A DNA stretch of 64,000 nt from Candidatus Eiseniibacteriota bacterium. Lineage in GTDB: Bacteria; Eisenbacteria; RBG-16-71-46; CAVPCR01. The notes beneath the pieces were generated by a model that did no database searches, was not told the DNA's origin, and was given only the letters and a program-made list of their open reading frames with translations. A program made the translations under genes and the position numbers. The stretch lies in assembly GCA_963702435.1 (NCBI GenBank), contig CAVPCR010000003.1, positions 438,599-502,598 on the forward strand. The letters are read 5' to 3'. Below, one piece after another: positions 29,858 to 40,089 of the stretch; the stretch's first letter is position 1; each line of letters starts with the position of its first letter.

Positions 29858-29901
29858 CTCAAGCCTCCGGGATACGGCCTCCGTTCCGTTCGGTCGTTCT
29901 A

Positions 29902-29917
29902 ATCATATGTATAGCAT
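29902..29917. promoter_or_regulatory. NrdR-box-like site upstream of nrdJ
   Basis: ATCATATGTATAGCAT, a partial match to acaCwAtATaTwGtgt, in an A/T-rich patch directly upstream of the RNR gene. Confidence 0.45.
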
Positions 29918-29991
29918 ACTATCGAGGGCGACCGAGGGAGGCAAGAGGAAAGATCGCGGCAGGAGCCCCGCCGACGGGCTCGCCGCCGGTG

Positions 29992-31431
29992 CTAGTAGAG
30001 CGCTCCGGCGCCGAGGGCGGCCAGCCGGTAGAGGAGCGCCGGGAAGATACCCAGGTGGAGCGTCCCATAGCCGGTGGCGAGGATGGCGAGGCCCGGGGCG
30101 AGGCCCGCGCGGGCCCCGCGCGCCCACGCGACATCGGGTTCCTTCAGGAAGAGGGCGACGACCACGCGGAGGTAGTACGCCGCCCCGATCACCGAGTTGA
30201 GGAGCGCGATCACGGCGAGCCCGGTCATGTCGGCGCGGATCGCGGCGCCGAAGACGTAGAACTTGCCCATGAAGCCGGCGGTCGGCGGGATGCCCGCCAG
30301 CGAGAACATGAAGAGCGCGAGCGCAGTCGCGAGGAGCGGGCGCTCGACGGCGAGTCCCGCGTAGTCGTCGATCTCGGTCCCCTTCCCCTCGCGCTCGAAG
30401 ACGGCGATGACGGCGAAGGCGCCGAGGTTCATGAGCGCATAGGCGACCAGGTAGAAGAGGATCCCCGACACCCCGATCTCGTCCCCGGCAGCGACTCCGA
30501 CCAGGAGGTATCCGGCGTGGGCGATCGAGGAGTAGGCGAGCAGCCGCTTCAGGCTCTTCTGCACGACGGCGAGCACGTTCCCAACGGTCATGGTGAGGAT
30601 GGCGAGCGCCGCCCACAGCGATTGCCACTCGGCGGCGAGCGGGAAGAGCCCCACCTCGAACACGCGGAGGAGCGCGGCGAAGGCGCCGGCCTTGGGCACG
30701 ACCGCCATGAAGGCGGTGATGATGGTGGGGGCGCCTTCATAGACATCGGGCGTCCACATGTGGAAGGGCACCGCCGCGATCTTGAACCCGAGCCCGACCA
30801 CGATGAGGGCCATGCCGGCGTAGACGAGCGTGCCGCTCGCGGTCCCGAGCTGGAGAACGACCGCCATGTCGTGGAGGTTGGTGGTCCCCGTCGCTCCATA
30901 GAGGAGTGCGATCCCGTAGAGGAGGAAGGCCGAGGCGAAGGCGCCGAGGAGGAGGTACTTGAGGCACGACTCCTCGGCCGGGCGGTCGCGCCGGTAGCCG
31001 GCGAGCACGTAGAGCGCGATCGAGTGCACCTCGAGCCCGAGGAAGACGATGAGGAAGTCGTCGGCCGCGGCCATGAGGAGCGCTCCGAGTCCCGAGAACA
31101 GGATGAGCGAGTAGAACTCGCCCGCATGCAGGCGGAACCGGCGCGCGTAGTCGGGCGCCATCAGGAAGACCCCGGCGAGCGCCGCCAGGATGAGCCCGCG
31201 CATGAACTGGGTGAAGTGATCGATCGCGAGCATCCCCGCGCCGAACGGTTCGCCGAGCGGGCTGCTCCGCACCATGAGCGCCGCGGACCCCGCGATCGTC
31301 ACGAGCGAGAGGACCCACGCCGCCTGTCCGTGCCGGCTCCGCGCGTCGACGAGGAGGACGAGCATCGCCCCGATCGCGAGCAGGATCTCCGGGAGCAGGA
31401 GACCGAGGGAGAGGCTCGGCATCTCGATCAT
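29992..31431 (-). CDS. nuoN: NADH-quinone oxidoreductase subunit N
   Basis: FKIAAVPFHMWTPDVYEGAP, KRLLAYSSIAHAGY, SLAGIPPTAGF. Confidence 0.95.
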   Translation of the reverse strand: MIEMPSLSLGLLLPEILLAIGAMLVLLVDARSRHGQAAWVLSLVTIAGSAALMVRSSPLGEPFGAGMLAIDHFTQFMRGLILAALAGVFLMAPDYARRFRLHAGEFYSLILFSGLGALLMAAADDFLIVFLGLEVHSIALYVLAGYRRDRPAEESCLKYLLLGAFASAFLLYGIALLYGATGTTNLHDMAVVLQLGTASGTLVYAGMALIVVGLGFKIAAVPFHMWTPDVYEGAPTIITAFMAVVPKAGAFAALLRVFEVGLFPLAAEWQSLWAALAILTMTVGNVLAVVQKSLKRLLAYSSIAHAGYLLVGVAAGDEIGVSGILFYLVAYALMNLGAFAVIAVFEREGKGTEIDDYAGLAVERPLLATALALFMFSLAGIPPTAGFMGKFYVFGAAIRADMTGLAVIALLNSVIGAAYYLRVVVALFLKEPDVAWARGARAGLAPGLAILATGYGTLHLGIFPALLYRLAALGAGALY

Positions 31432-32999
31432 CGGTCACCTCCGGACCCGGCGGGCGCCGGGACCGTGAAGAGGCCTGCCGCGGCGACCGCGTCGGTCCCG
31501 CCGTCGTGCGCCTCGAGCTCGACGCGGCGGGCGCTCATCTCGAGGAGCAGCCTCTCCACCGCGGCCTCGGCCGGCCGCGTGAAGAAGTGCGGCTTGAACC
31601 CGATGGCGAAGACGAGGAGGAGGAGCGGCACCAGCGAAGCGATCTCGCGCCGGTTGAGATCGACGAGCCCGCGGGCGGCGCCCGCCACCTCGCCCCAGAT
31701 CACCTTCCGCACCATGACCAGCATGTACACGGCGCCGAGCACCACCCCGGTCGCGCCGAGGACTCCGTAGAGCGGCCGGTCGCGGAAGGCGCCGAAGAGA
31801 ATCAGGAACTCGCCAGCGAATCCGTTCGTGCTCGGGAGCCCGATCGACGCCAGCACGAACACCATGGTGATCGCCGAGAAGACAGGCATCGTGCGGCCGA
31901 CGCCGCCGAAGTCGGCGATCATCCGGGTGTGCGCGCGGTCGTAGATCATGCCGACGAGGAGGAAGAGCGCCCCCGTGTTGATGCCGTGGTTCACCATCTG
32001 CAGGAGGCCGCCGACGAGCCCCTCGGGGTTCATGGCGAACAGCCCGAGCACGACGAAGCCGAGGTGCGAGACGCTCGAGTAGGCGACGAGCTTCTTCAAG
32101 TCCGACTGCGCCAGGGCCATGAACGCCCCGTAGATGATGCCGGCGATGGCGAGCCCGGCGAAGAGCGGCGAGAACTCGAGGCTCGCCCGCGGGAAGAGCG
32201 GCAGGCAGAAGCGCAGGAAGCCGTAGGTGCCCATCTTGAGGAGCACCCCGGCCAGGATCACCGAACCGCCGGTCGGGGCCTCGACGTGGGCGTCCGGGAG
32301 CCAGGTGTGGAAGGGCAGGAGCGGCACCTTGATGGCGAAGGCGACGGCGAAGGCGAGGAAGAGCCAGCGCTCGAGCCCGGCGCCGACCAGGACCGAGCGC
32401 ACCGCCGCGTAGTCGAAGCTCGTCTGACCGGTCGCGCGGGCGCCGAGGAAGACGAGGACCAGGATGGCGGCCAGCATCAGCACGCTCCCCGCCATCGTGT
32501 AGAGGAAGAACTTGAGCGCGGCGTAGACGCGCCGGCCGCCGCCCCAGATCCCGATCAGGAAGTACATCGGGATCAGCATCGCCTCCCAGAAGACATAGAA
32601 GAGGAGCAGGTCCTGGGCGATGAAGACCCCGATCATGGCCGCTTCGAGGATCAGGAAGAAAGCGAGGAAGCTCCGGAGCCGGGTCTTGATCGACCAGCTC
32701 GAGCCGAGGATGGCGAGGGGGGTCAGGAAGGTGGTGAGGAGGACGAGGAGGAGGCTCAGACCGTCGATCCCCACGTGGTAGGTCGCGCCGACCGACGCGA
32801 TCCAGGGAACCTGCTCCTCGAACTGCATGGCGGCGCTCGCCGCATCGAACCCCGTCCACAGGGCGAGCGACACCGCGAACGCGGCGAGCGCGCCGAGAAG
32901 GGCGAGCGCGCGCTGGAGGCCGGCGGCGCCGGCCGGGATCAGCAGGATGAGCACCCCGGTCAGGGCCGGAATGGCGATCGTCGTGCTCAGGAGACCCAT
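31428..32999 (-). CDS. nuoM: NADH-quinone oxidoreductase subunit M
   Basis: FYVFWEAMLIPMY, PFHTWLPDAHVEAPT, LLKMGTYG. Confidence 0.95.
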   Translation of the reverse strand: MGLLSTTIAIPALTGVLILLIPAGAAGLQRALALLGALAAFAVSLALWTGFDAASAAMQFEEQVPWIASVGATYHVGIDGLSLLLVLLTTFLTPLAILGSSWSIKTRLRSFLAFFLILEAAMIGVFIAQDLLLFYVFWEAMLIPMYFLIGIWGGGRRVYAALKFFLYTMAGSVLMLAAILVLVFLGARATGQTSFDYAAVRSVLVGAGLERWLFLAFAVAFAIKVPLLPFHTWLPDAHVEAPTGGSVILAGVLLKMGTYGFLRFCLPLFPRASLEFSPLFAGLAIAGIIYGAFMALAQSDLKKLVAYSSVSHLGFVVLGLFAMNPEGLVGGLLQMVNHGINTGALFLLVGMIYDRAHTRMIADFGGVGRTMPVFSAITMVFVLASIGLPSTNGFAGEFLILFGAFRDRPLYGVLGATGVVLGAVYMLVMVRKVIWGEVAGAARGLVDLNRREIASLVPLLLLVFAIGFKPHFFTRPAEAAVERLLLEMSARRVELEAHDGGTDAVAAAGLFTVPAPAGSGGDR

Positions 33000-33024
33000 C
33001 GAGTCCGCCCTTCTTCCATGGCCC

Positions 33025-34938
33025 CTACTTCCACATGAGCCCGAGGACCACCACCACGCCGAGAACCACGACGAGCGCGTAGCGGCGCACGCTGCCCGAC
33101 TGGAGGACGCGCGTCCGATTCGCGACGGCGCGCACCGTGATCCCGGTCCCGTTCACCAGGCCGTCGATGACGGCGAGATCGAAGCGCCGGTAGAGAAGCC
33201 CGGCCAGCCCGATGAGCGGCCCCACCACGACGGCCTGGTAGATCTCGTCCCAGTACCACTTGTTGGCGAAGAGCTTGTGGAGCCCCGCGAACCGGGCGCG
33301 CAGCGCGGTCGCGAGCGCCGGCCGCCACAGATAGGCGGCCAGGCCGAGCAGGATGCCGGCGACCGCCACGGCGAGCGAGATCCCGGCCAGGCCGAGCTCG
33401 AGCCCGTGGCTCGCGTGGCCGTGGTCCGCGGTGAGCGCGATGTGCTCGGCGTCGGCGAAGACCGGGGCCAGGAAGGTGCCGAAGCGATTGCCGCCCTCGA
33501 TGAACGGGATGCCCACCCAGCCGCCGATCACCGAGAGCACGGCGAGGACGACGAGCGCGACGGCCATCGACGGCGGTGCCTCATGCGGGTGGGCGTGCGG
33601 ATCGAGACGGCTCTCGCCATAGAAGGTGAGGGCCATCAGGCGAAACATGTAGAACGCAGTCAGGAGCGCGCCGCCGAGTCCGAGCGCCCAGACCAGCGGG
33701 CCGCGGGCGAGGAACGCTTCGAACAGGATCTCGTCTTTCGAGAAGAAGCCGGCGAGCGGGAAAATGCCGGCGATCGCGAGCGAGCCGGCGAGGAAGGTGG
33801 CGTACGTGAGCGGGAGCTTCCGGCGGAGGCCGCCCATCCGCCGCATGTCCTGTTCGCCGTGGAGCGCGTGGATCACGCTCCCCGATCCGAGGAAGAGGAG
33901 CGCCTTGAAGAAGGCGTGCGTCATCAAGTGGAAGATGGCGGCGGTGAACGCGCCGACGCCGCAGCCGAGGAACATGTATCCGAGCTGCGAGATCGTCGAG
34001 TAGGCAAGCACGCGCTTGATGTCGTTCTGGGTCAGAGCGATGGTCGCCGCCATGAGCGCGGTGGCGAGCCCGATCCCGGCGACGAGGGCGAGCGCGGTCG
34101 GCGCCATCAGGTAGAGCACGTGAGTGCGCGCCACCAGGTACACGCCGGCGGTGACCATGGTCGCGGCGTGGATCAGGGCCGAGACCGGCGTCGGACCTTC
34201 CATGGCGTCCGGCAACCAGACGTGGAGCGGGATCTGCGCCGACTTCCCGGTGGCGCCGATGAAGAGCAGGATCGCGATCGTCGTCACCAGCACGCCGCCC
34301 GGCACGAGCTCCCGCGGGGCGCGCTCGAGGATCGCGGCGAGGTCGAGCGTCCCGAAGTGAGTGGCGAGGAGGAAGAGCCCGATCAGGAAGGCGAAGTCGC
34401 CGACCCGGTTGACGAGAAACGCCTTCATGCCGGCGGCGGGCGGGGCCGGCTTCGTGAACCAGAAGCCGATGAGGAGATAGGAGCAGAGCCCCACCCCCTC
34501 CCAGCCGAGGAAGATGACGAGCAGGTTCCCGCCGAGCACGAGGCAGAGCATGGCGAAGAGGAAGAGGTTGAGATAGGCGAAGTAGCGCCACTCTCCGCCC
34601 TCGTCCCCGCGCATGTAGCCGAGCGAATAGACGTGGATCAGGAACCCGACCCCGGTGACCACGAGCACCATGACCGCCGAGAGCGCATCGAGGCGGAAGG
34701 AGAGCGCAGTGGCGAGGCTCCCGGCGGTGATCCAGTCGCCGAGCGTGGCCTCGATCACGCGCGCCTCGGGCGCCAGCGAGAGGAGGAGGCGGACCGCGGT
34801 CACGGCAGCCAGGAAGGCCCCGAGGGAGGCGAGGACGCCGATCGCTCCGGCCAGCCGCTGCGGGAGGCGATGGCCGAGGAGGCCGTTGACCAGAAAGCCC
34901 GCGAGCGGCAGGAGCGGCATGAGAAGGAGCGGGCTCAT
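33025..34938 (-). CDS. nuoL: NADH-quinone oxidoreductase subunit L
   Basis: GWEGVGLCSYLLIGFW, KSAQIPLHVWLPDAMEGPTPVSALIHAATMV. Confidence 0.95.
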   Translation of the reverse strand: MSPLLLMPLLPLAGFLVNGLLGHRLPQRLAGAIGVLASLGAFLAAVTAVRLLLSLAPEARVIEATLGDWITAGSLATALSFRLDALSAVMVLVVTGVGFLIHVYSLGYMRGDEGGEWRYFAYLNLFLFAMLCLVLGGNLLVIFLGWEGVGLCSYLLIGFWFTKPAPPAAGMKAFLVNRVGDFAFLIGLFLLATHFGTLDLAAILERAPRELVPGGVLVTTIAILLFIGATGKSAQIPLHVWLPDAMEGPTPVSALIHAATMVTAGVYLVARTHVLYLMAPTALALVAGIGLATALMAATIALTQNDIKRVLAYSTISQLGYMFLGCGVGAFTAAIFHLMTHAFFKALLFLGSGSVIHALHGEQDMRRMGGLRRKLPLTYATFLAGSLAIAGIFPLAGFFSKDEILFEAFLARGPLVWALGLGGALLTAFYMFRLMALTFYGESRLDPHAHPHEAPPSMAVALVVLAVLSVIGGWVGIPFIEGGNRFGTFLAPVFADAEHIALTADHGHASHGLELGLAGISLAVAVAGILLGLAAYLWRPALATALRARFAGLHKLFANKWYWDEIYQAVVVGPLIGLAGLLYRRFDLAVIDGLVNGTGITVRAVANRTRVLQSGSVRRYALVVVLGVVVVLGLMWK

Positions 34939-34983
34939 GGCTGCCTCCGTGGACGGAGCCGCGGGCGCGGGACGGCCCCGGCC

Positions 34984-35286
34984 TCAGAACTTGAGCAGGT
35001 TGATCTGATCGACATCGGTTGTGGCCCGCTCCCGGAAGATGGCGACGATGATCCCGAGTCCCACCACCACCTCGGCGGCGGCGACCGCGAGCGAGAAGAA
35101 GACGATGGCCTGCCCGTCGATCGAGCCGAGGAGACGCGCGAACGCGATGAAGGTCAGGTTCACGGCGTTGAGCATGAGCTCGATGCACATGAAGATGATG
35201 ATCGCTTCACGGCGGAGGACGACCCCGATCATGCCGATTGCGAACATGACCGCGGCGAGATAGAGGAAGGCGACCGGAGAGATCAC
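34984..35286 (-). CDS. nuoK: NADH-quinone oxidoreductase subunit K
   Basis: [22 protein letters not shown]. Confidence 0.95.
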   Translation of the reverse strand: MISPVAFLYLAAVMFAIGMIGVVLRREAIIIFMCIELMLNAVNLTFIAFARLLGSIDGQAIVFFSLAVAAAEVVVGLGIIVAIFRERATTDVDQINLLKF

Positions 35287-35854
35287 GCTTGGTCCTCCTC
35301 CGCACTATCCCCGCCGGATGCGGTCACCCCCGGCGGCGCGTAGTCCGTTCCCGGCGCCGCGAGGTCGCGCCGCGCGAGCACCACGGCGCCGACCATGCCG
35401 ACGACGAGGAGGATCGACACGATCTCGAACGGGATCAGGTAGCGCGTGAAGAGCACCCCGCTCACCGCCTCGACCGAGCCGAAGCCCTCCGGGAGCGGCA
35501 GGCGGACATCGCCGGCATAGGAGCCGGTGGCGACCACCGCTGCGAGCTGCCCGGCCACGAGCCCGGCGAGCACCAGGGCGAGGACGAGCGGCCCGCGCCG
35601 GCGCTCGATCAGGATCTCGTGACGCAGGCTCAGGAACATGATCACGAACAGGAAGAGGACGACGATCGCCCCCGCGTACACGATGATCTGGACCGCGGCG
35701 ACGAAAGGCGCCTCGAGCAGGACGAAGGCGACCGCGGTGGCGGCGAACACGACCACCATGTAGAGCGCCGAGTAGATCGGGCTCTTGTGCCCGATCATGG
35801 CCACCGAGGCGCCGACCGTGACGAGCGCCAGGATGGCGAAAAGGAGGACGCCCA

Positions 35855-35855
<1 letters not shown>
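35283..35855 (-). CDS. nuoJ: NADH-quinone oxidoreductase subunit J
   Basis: [32 protein letters not shown] overlap with nuoH. Confidence 0.93.
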
Positions 35856-36865
<1,010 letters not shown>

Positions 36866-36887
36866 GACTTGCGCTTCCAGGTAAGCC

Positions 36888-37352
36888 CTAGAGCCCGCCG
36901 AGGATCTCGTCCACCTTCTCGGGGGTCAGGTTCTCGTGATAGTCCTCGTTCACCTGCATGACCGGCGCGGTGCCGCAGGAACCGAGGCATTCGACTTGGA
37001 CCAGCGTGAACTTGCCGTCCCTGGTGGTCTCCCCCACCTCGATCCCCAGCTTCTCCTTGAGGTGCCGGAGCAGCGGATTGGCGCCCATGATGAAGCACGA
37101 GATCGAGCGGCAGACCTGGATCATGTACTTGCCGACCGGCTGCCGGTTGATCATGGTGTAGAAGGTGGCGACCTCCTCGACCTCCATGGGATGGAGGTCG
37201 AACGCCGCCGCGATGTCGCGCATCGCCTCGCGGTCCACAAAGCCGCGCGATTCCTGCACGATGCAGAGTGCCGGGATCAGGGCGCTGCGCCGCCGCGGGA
37301 ATGCGGCAGCCGCCTTCTCGATCGCGAGTCTTTCGCCTTCGCTGAGTGCCAT
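36888..37352 (-). CDS. nuoE: NADH-quinone oxidoreductase subunit E (2Fe-2S)
   Basis: VATFYTM, CRSISC, ECLGSCGTAP. Confidence 0.92.
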   Translation of the reverse strand: MALSEGERLAIEKAAAAFPRRRSALIPALCIVQESRGFVDREAMRDIAAAFDLHPMEVEEVATFYTMINRQPVGKYMIQVCRSISCFIMGANPLLRHLKEKLGIEVGETTRDGKFTLVQVECLGSCGTAPVMQVNEDYHENLTPEKVDEILGGL

Positions 37353-37386
37353 CGTCTTGGTCAGGCGGCTCCCGCCGGCCCCCCGC

Positions 37387-37746
37387 TCATGCCCGCCACT
37401 CGAGCACGCCCCGGCGCCAGATGTAGACCAGGCCGACGACCAGGACCCCGAGAAACACCAGCATCTCGATCAGACCGAACATGCCGAGCCGGCGGAAGGT
37501 CACGGCCCATGGATAGAGGAAGATGGCCTCGATATCGAACAGGATGAAGACCATGGCCACCACGTAGAACTTGACCGGAAAGCGATCGCGGGCGTCGCGC
37601 ACCGGGCGGACACCGCATTCGTAGGTGGTGGTGCGGGCGCCCGGCGGACGGAGGGAGGACAGGAAGCGCGCGATCCAGATCCCGCCGCCGGCGAAGGCGG
37701 CGGCGAACAGGAGGGTCATCAAGACCGGCGTGTAATCGTCGAGCAC
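37387..37746 (-). CDS. nuoA: NADH-quinone oxidoreductase subunit A
   Basis: YECG, FYVVAMVFILFDIEAIFLYPWA, WRRGVLEW; GTG start after GAGG. Confidence 0.93.
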   Translation of the reverse strand: MLDDYTPVLMTLLFAAAFAGGGIWIARFLSSLRPPGARTTTYECGVRPVRDARDRFPVKFYVVAMVFILFDIEAIFLYPWAVTFRRLGMFGLIEMLVFLGVLVVGLVYIWRRGVLEWRA

Positions 37747-37812
37747 GATCGACCTCGCGGATCTCGCCTGGGATCGCACCGGCGGCCGGCGCTCGCGGCC
37801 GGGCCGCACGCC

Positions 37813-37830
37813 TTGTGAAAAAATGCACAA
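37813..37830. promoter_or_regulatory. Rex operator (ROP)-like box upstream of nuoA
   Basis: TTGTGAAAAAATGCACAA, one mismatch to TTGTGAA-N4-TTCACAA. Confidence 0.75.
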
Positions 37831-37838
37831 GGTTCGCC

Positions 37839-37867
37839 AAGCTAGCAGGGCGGCCGGCGGGTGTCAA
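37839..37867 (-). promoter_or_regulatory. sigma-70 promoter of the nuo cluster
   Basis: TTGACA-N17-TAGCTT. Confidence 0.7.
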
Positions 37868-37943
37868 CCGGGGCCGACCGCGCCGGACGCGTGATCCAGG
37901 CAGAGCGGCCGCCCGCTGCGCGCGACCGCGCCGCCGCGCCCGG

Positions 37944-39845
37944 TCAGACGGAGACCTCGACCTCGACGTCCGCGAAGTTGTCCATCACCCGCGCGGCGCG
38001 GAGCCGCTCGAGCGCGGCCAGGAGCGCCGCGAACGGGACCACCTGCTGGTCCTTCTGCCGGGCGTGCCGGCGCCAGGAGACCGTCTCCCCTTCCATCTCG
38101 CGCCCGCCGACCACGAGCACGTTCGGGATCTTCTCGATCGCCGCGGTGCGGAGCCGCTTGTTGAAGGACTCCGGCCCCGGATCCACGTCGGCGCGGAAGA
38201 GCCGGGCCCGGAGCTCGGCGGCGAGCTTGCCTGCGTACTCCGCGAAGGCCGCCGCCACCGGCAGGACGCGCACCTGGGTCGGCGCCATCCAGGTCGGGAA
38301 CGCGCCGCCGAAGTGCTCGACGAGGAACGAGATCATGCGCTCGTGCGTGGACAGCGGCGCGCGGTGGATGATGAGCGGGCGGTGGAAGGCCCCGTCCTCG
38401 CCCTTGTACTTGAGATCGAAGCGGGCGGCCACGCCGAAGTCGAGCTGATTGGTGGAAGCGCTCTCCTCGCGGCCCACCACGTTCCGGATCTGGTAGTCGA
38501 CCTTGGGCCCGTAGAAGGCCGCCTCTCCCGGCGCTTCCTCGTACGGCTCGCCGAACTCGGCGAGCGCCTCGCGCACCGCACGCTCCGCCATCGCCCAGCC
38601 CTCCGGATCGTCCAGGTACTTCGCCCCGAGCTGGACGGGGTCATGCAGCGAGAGCCGCATCCAGTACTCGGACATCCGGAAGTGCCGGTAGTAGAAGCGA
38701 CAGAGATCGAGCACATCCACGAACTCGGCCCGCGCCTGATCGGCGCGGCAGTAGATGTGGGCGTCGTTCATGGCCAGGCCGCGGACGCGAAGGAGCCCGG
38801 CGAGCGTGCCCGAGAGCTCGTAGCGATAGACGGTGCCGTACTCGGCGAGCCGGAGCGGCAGGTCGCGGTAACTCCGCGGCGCCGCCTTGTAGATGATGTG
38901 GTGGTGCGGGCAGTTCATCGGCTTGAGGTAGTACGGCGGCTCGCCGGCCAGGGCCATCGGCGGGTACATGCTCGCCTCGTAGAGCGGCAGGTGCCCCGAG
39001 GTGAGGTAGAGCCCCTCCTTGGCCAGGTGCGGCGTGTGCACGCGCACGTAACCGCGCCGGAACTCGGTCTCCACCGCGAAGCGCTCGAGCTCGTCCCGGA
39101 GCACCGATCCGTTCGGGAGCCACATGATGAGGCCGGGCCCGATCTCCTCGGCGACCGTGTAGAGGCTGAGCTCGCGGCCGAGCTTCCGGTGATCGCGCTC
39201 GGCGGCCAGGCGCCGCTTCTCGAGGAAGTCCGCCAGTTCCTGCGCCGTCTTGAAAGCGAGCCCGTAGATCCGGGTGAGCATCGGCCGCGACTCGTCGCCG
39301 CGCCAGTAGGCGCCGGCGATCGAGTCGAGGGCGAAGCAGTCGGCGGGAATGCGCTCGGTCGATTCGACGTGCGGTCCTTCGCACATGTCCTCGAACGGTC
39401 CGTTCGCGTAGAAGGAGAGGCTCGCCTCGCCCTGCGCCGCGAGGTCGCGCGCGTACTCGGCCTTGAGCGGCTGGCCGATCGCCTCCAGGTGGCGGATCGC
39501 GTCCGCGCCGGCGAGCGTGCGCAGCGCGAAGGGCTGCCGCGCCTTGATGATGGCCCGCATCCGCTCCTGGATCGCCGCGAGGTCCTCGGGGGCGAGCGGC
39601 TGGTCGAGGAGGAAGTCGTAGTAGAACCCGTGCTCGGTGGGCGGCCCGAACCCGAGGCGGGCGCCCGGCCGGAGCTCGAGAACGGCCTGGGCCAGGATGT
39701 GGGCGAGCGAGTGCCGGCGGCGGTAGAGCGGATCGTCCTCGTGGCCGGCCGCGGAGTGATCGCGGGCAAGGCCGGCATGGACCGCCGCGTCCTCGCCCGC
39801 GATCTCGGGCAACGGCAGGTTGTCGGGTGCGCTGGGCGACGACAT
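37944..39845 (-). CDS. thrS: threonine--tRNA ligase
   Basis: RHSLAHILAQA, CEGPHV, GAYWRGD, RDHRKLG, LKPMNCPHH, YRYELSG, IIHRAP. Confidence 0.97.
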   Translation of the reverse strand: MSSPSAPDNLPLPEIAGEDAAVHAGLARDHSAAGHEDDPLYRRRHSLAHILAQAVLELRPGARLGFGPPTEHGFYYDFLLDQPLAPEDLAAIQERMRAIIKARQPFALRTLAGADAIRHLEAIGQPLKAEYARDLAAQGEASLSFYANGPFEDMCEGPHVESTERIPADCFALDSIAGAYWRGDESRPMLTRIYGLAFKTAQELADFLEKRRLAAERDHRKLGRELSLYTVAEEIGPGLIMWLPNGSVLRDELERFAVETEFRRGYVRVHTPHLAKEGLYLTSGHLPLYEASMYPPMALAGEPPYYLKPMNCPHHHIIYKAAPRSYRDLPLRLAEYGTVYRYELSGTLAGLLRVRGLAMNDAHIYCRADQARAEFVDVLDLCRFYYRHFRMSEYWMRLSLHDPVQLGAKYLDDPEGWAMAERAVREALAEFGEPYEEAPGEAAFYGPKVDYQIRNVVGREESASTNQLDFGVAARFDLKYKGEDGAFHRPLIIHRAPLSTHERMISFLVEHFGGAFPTWMAPTQVRVLPVAAAFAEYAGKLAAELRARLFRADVDPGPESFNKRLRTAAIEKIPNVLVVGGREMEGETVSWRRHARQKDQQVVPFAALLAALERLRAARVMDNFADVEVEVSV

Positions 39846-39967
39846 GGCTACCCCGGATTGGTGACGGCGGACATGAGACAGCGAACGCAAGTGGTCCAGG
39901 CTAGAGCAGATGACCGGACCCGGTCAAGCTGCGACCGCTCCGGTCGCAGTTGGCGCTCACTCGCGAT

Positions 39968-40056
39968 TGGTGCCGGGGGTCGGATTCGAACCGACACGGA
40001 TCCAGTGGATCCAGCGGATTTTAAGTCCGCCGTGGCTGCCGTTTCACCACCCCGGC
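39968..40056 (-). tRNA. tRNA-Leu(TAA)
   Basis: GCCGGGG acceptor stem, GCGGA-CT-TAA-AA-TCCGC anticodon arm, long variable arm, GGTTCGAATCC, ends ACCA. Confidence 0.93.
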
Positions 40057-40089
40057 TCTTGAGCTGCCGCGCGGTACTCGCCCTGGCTC

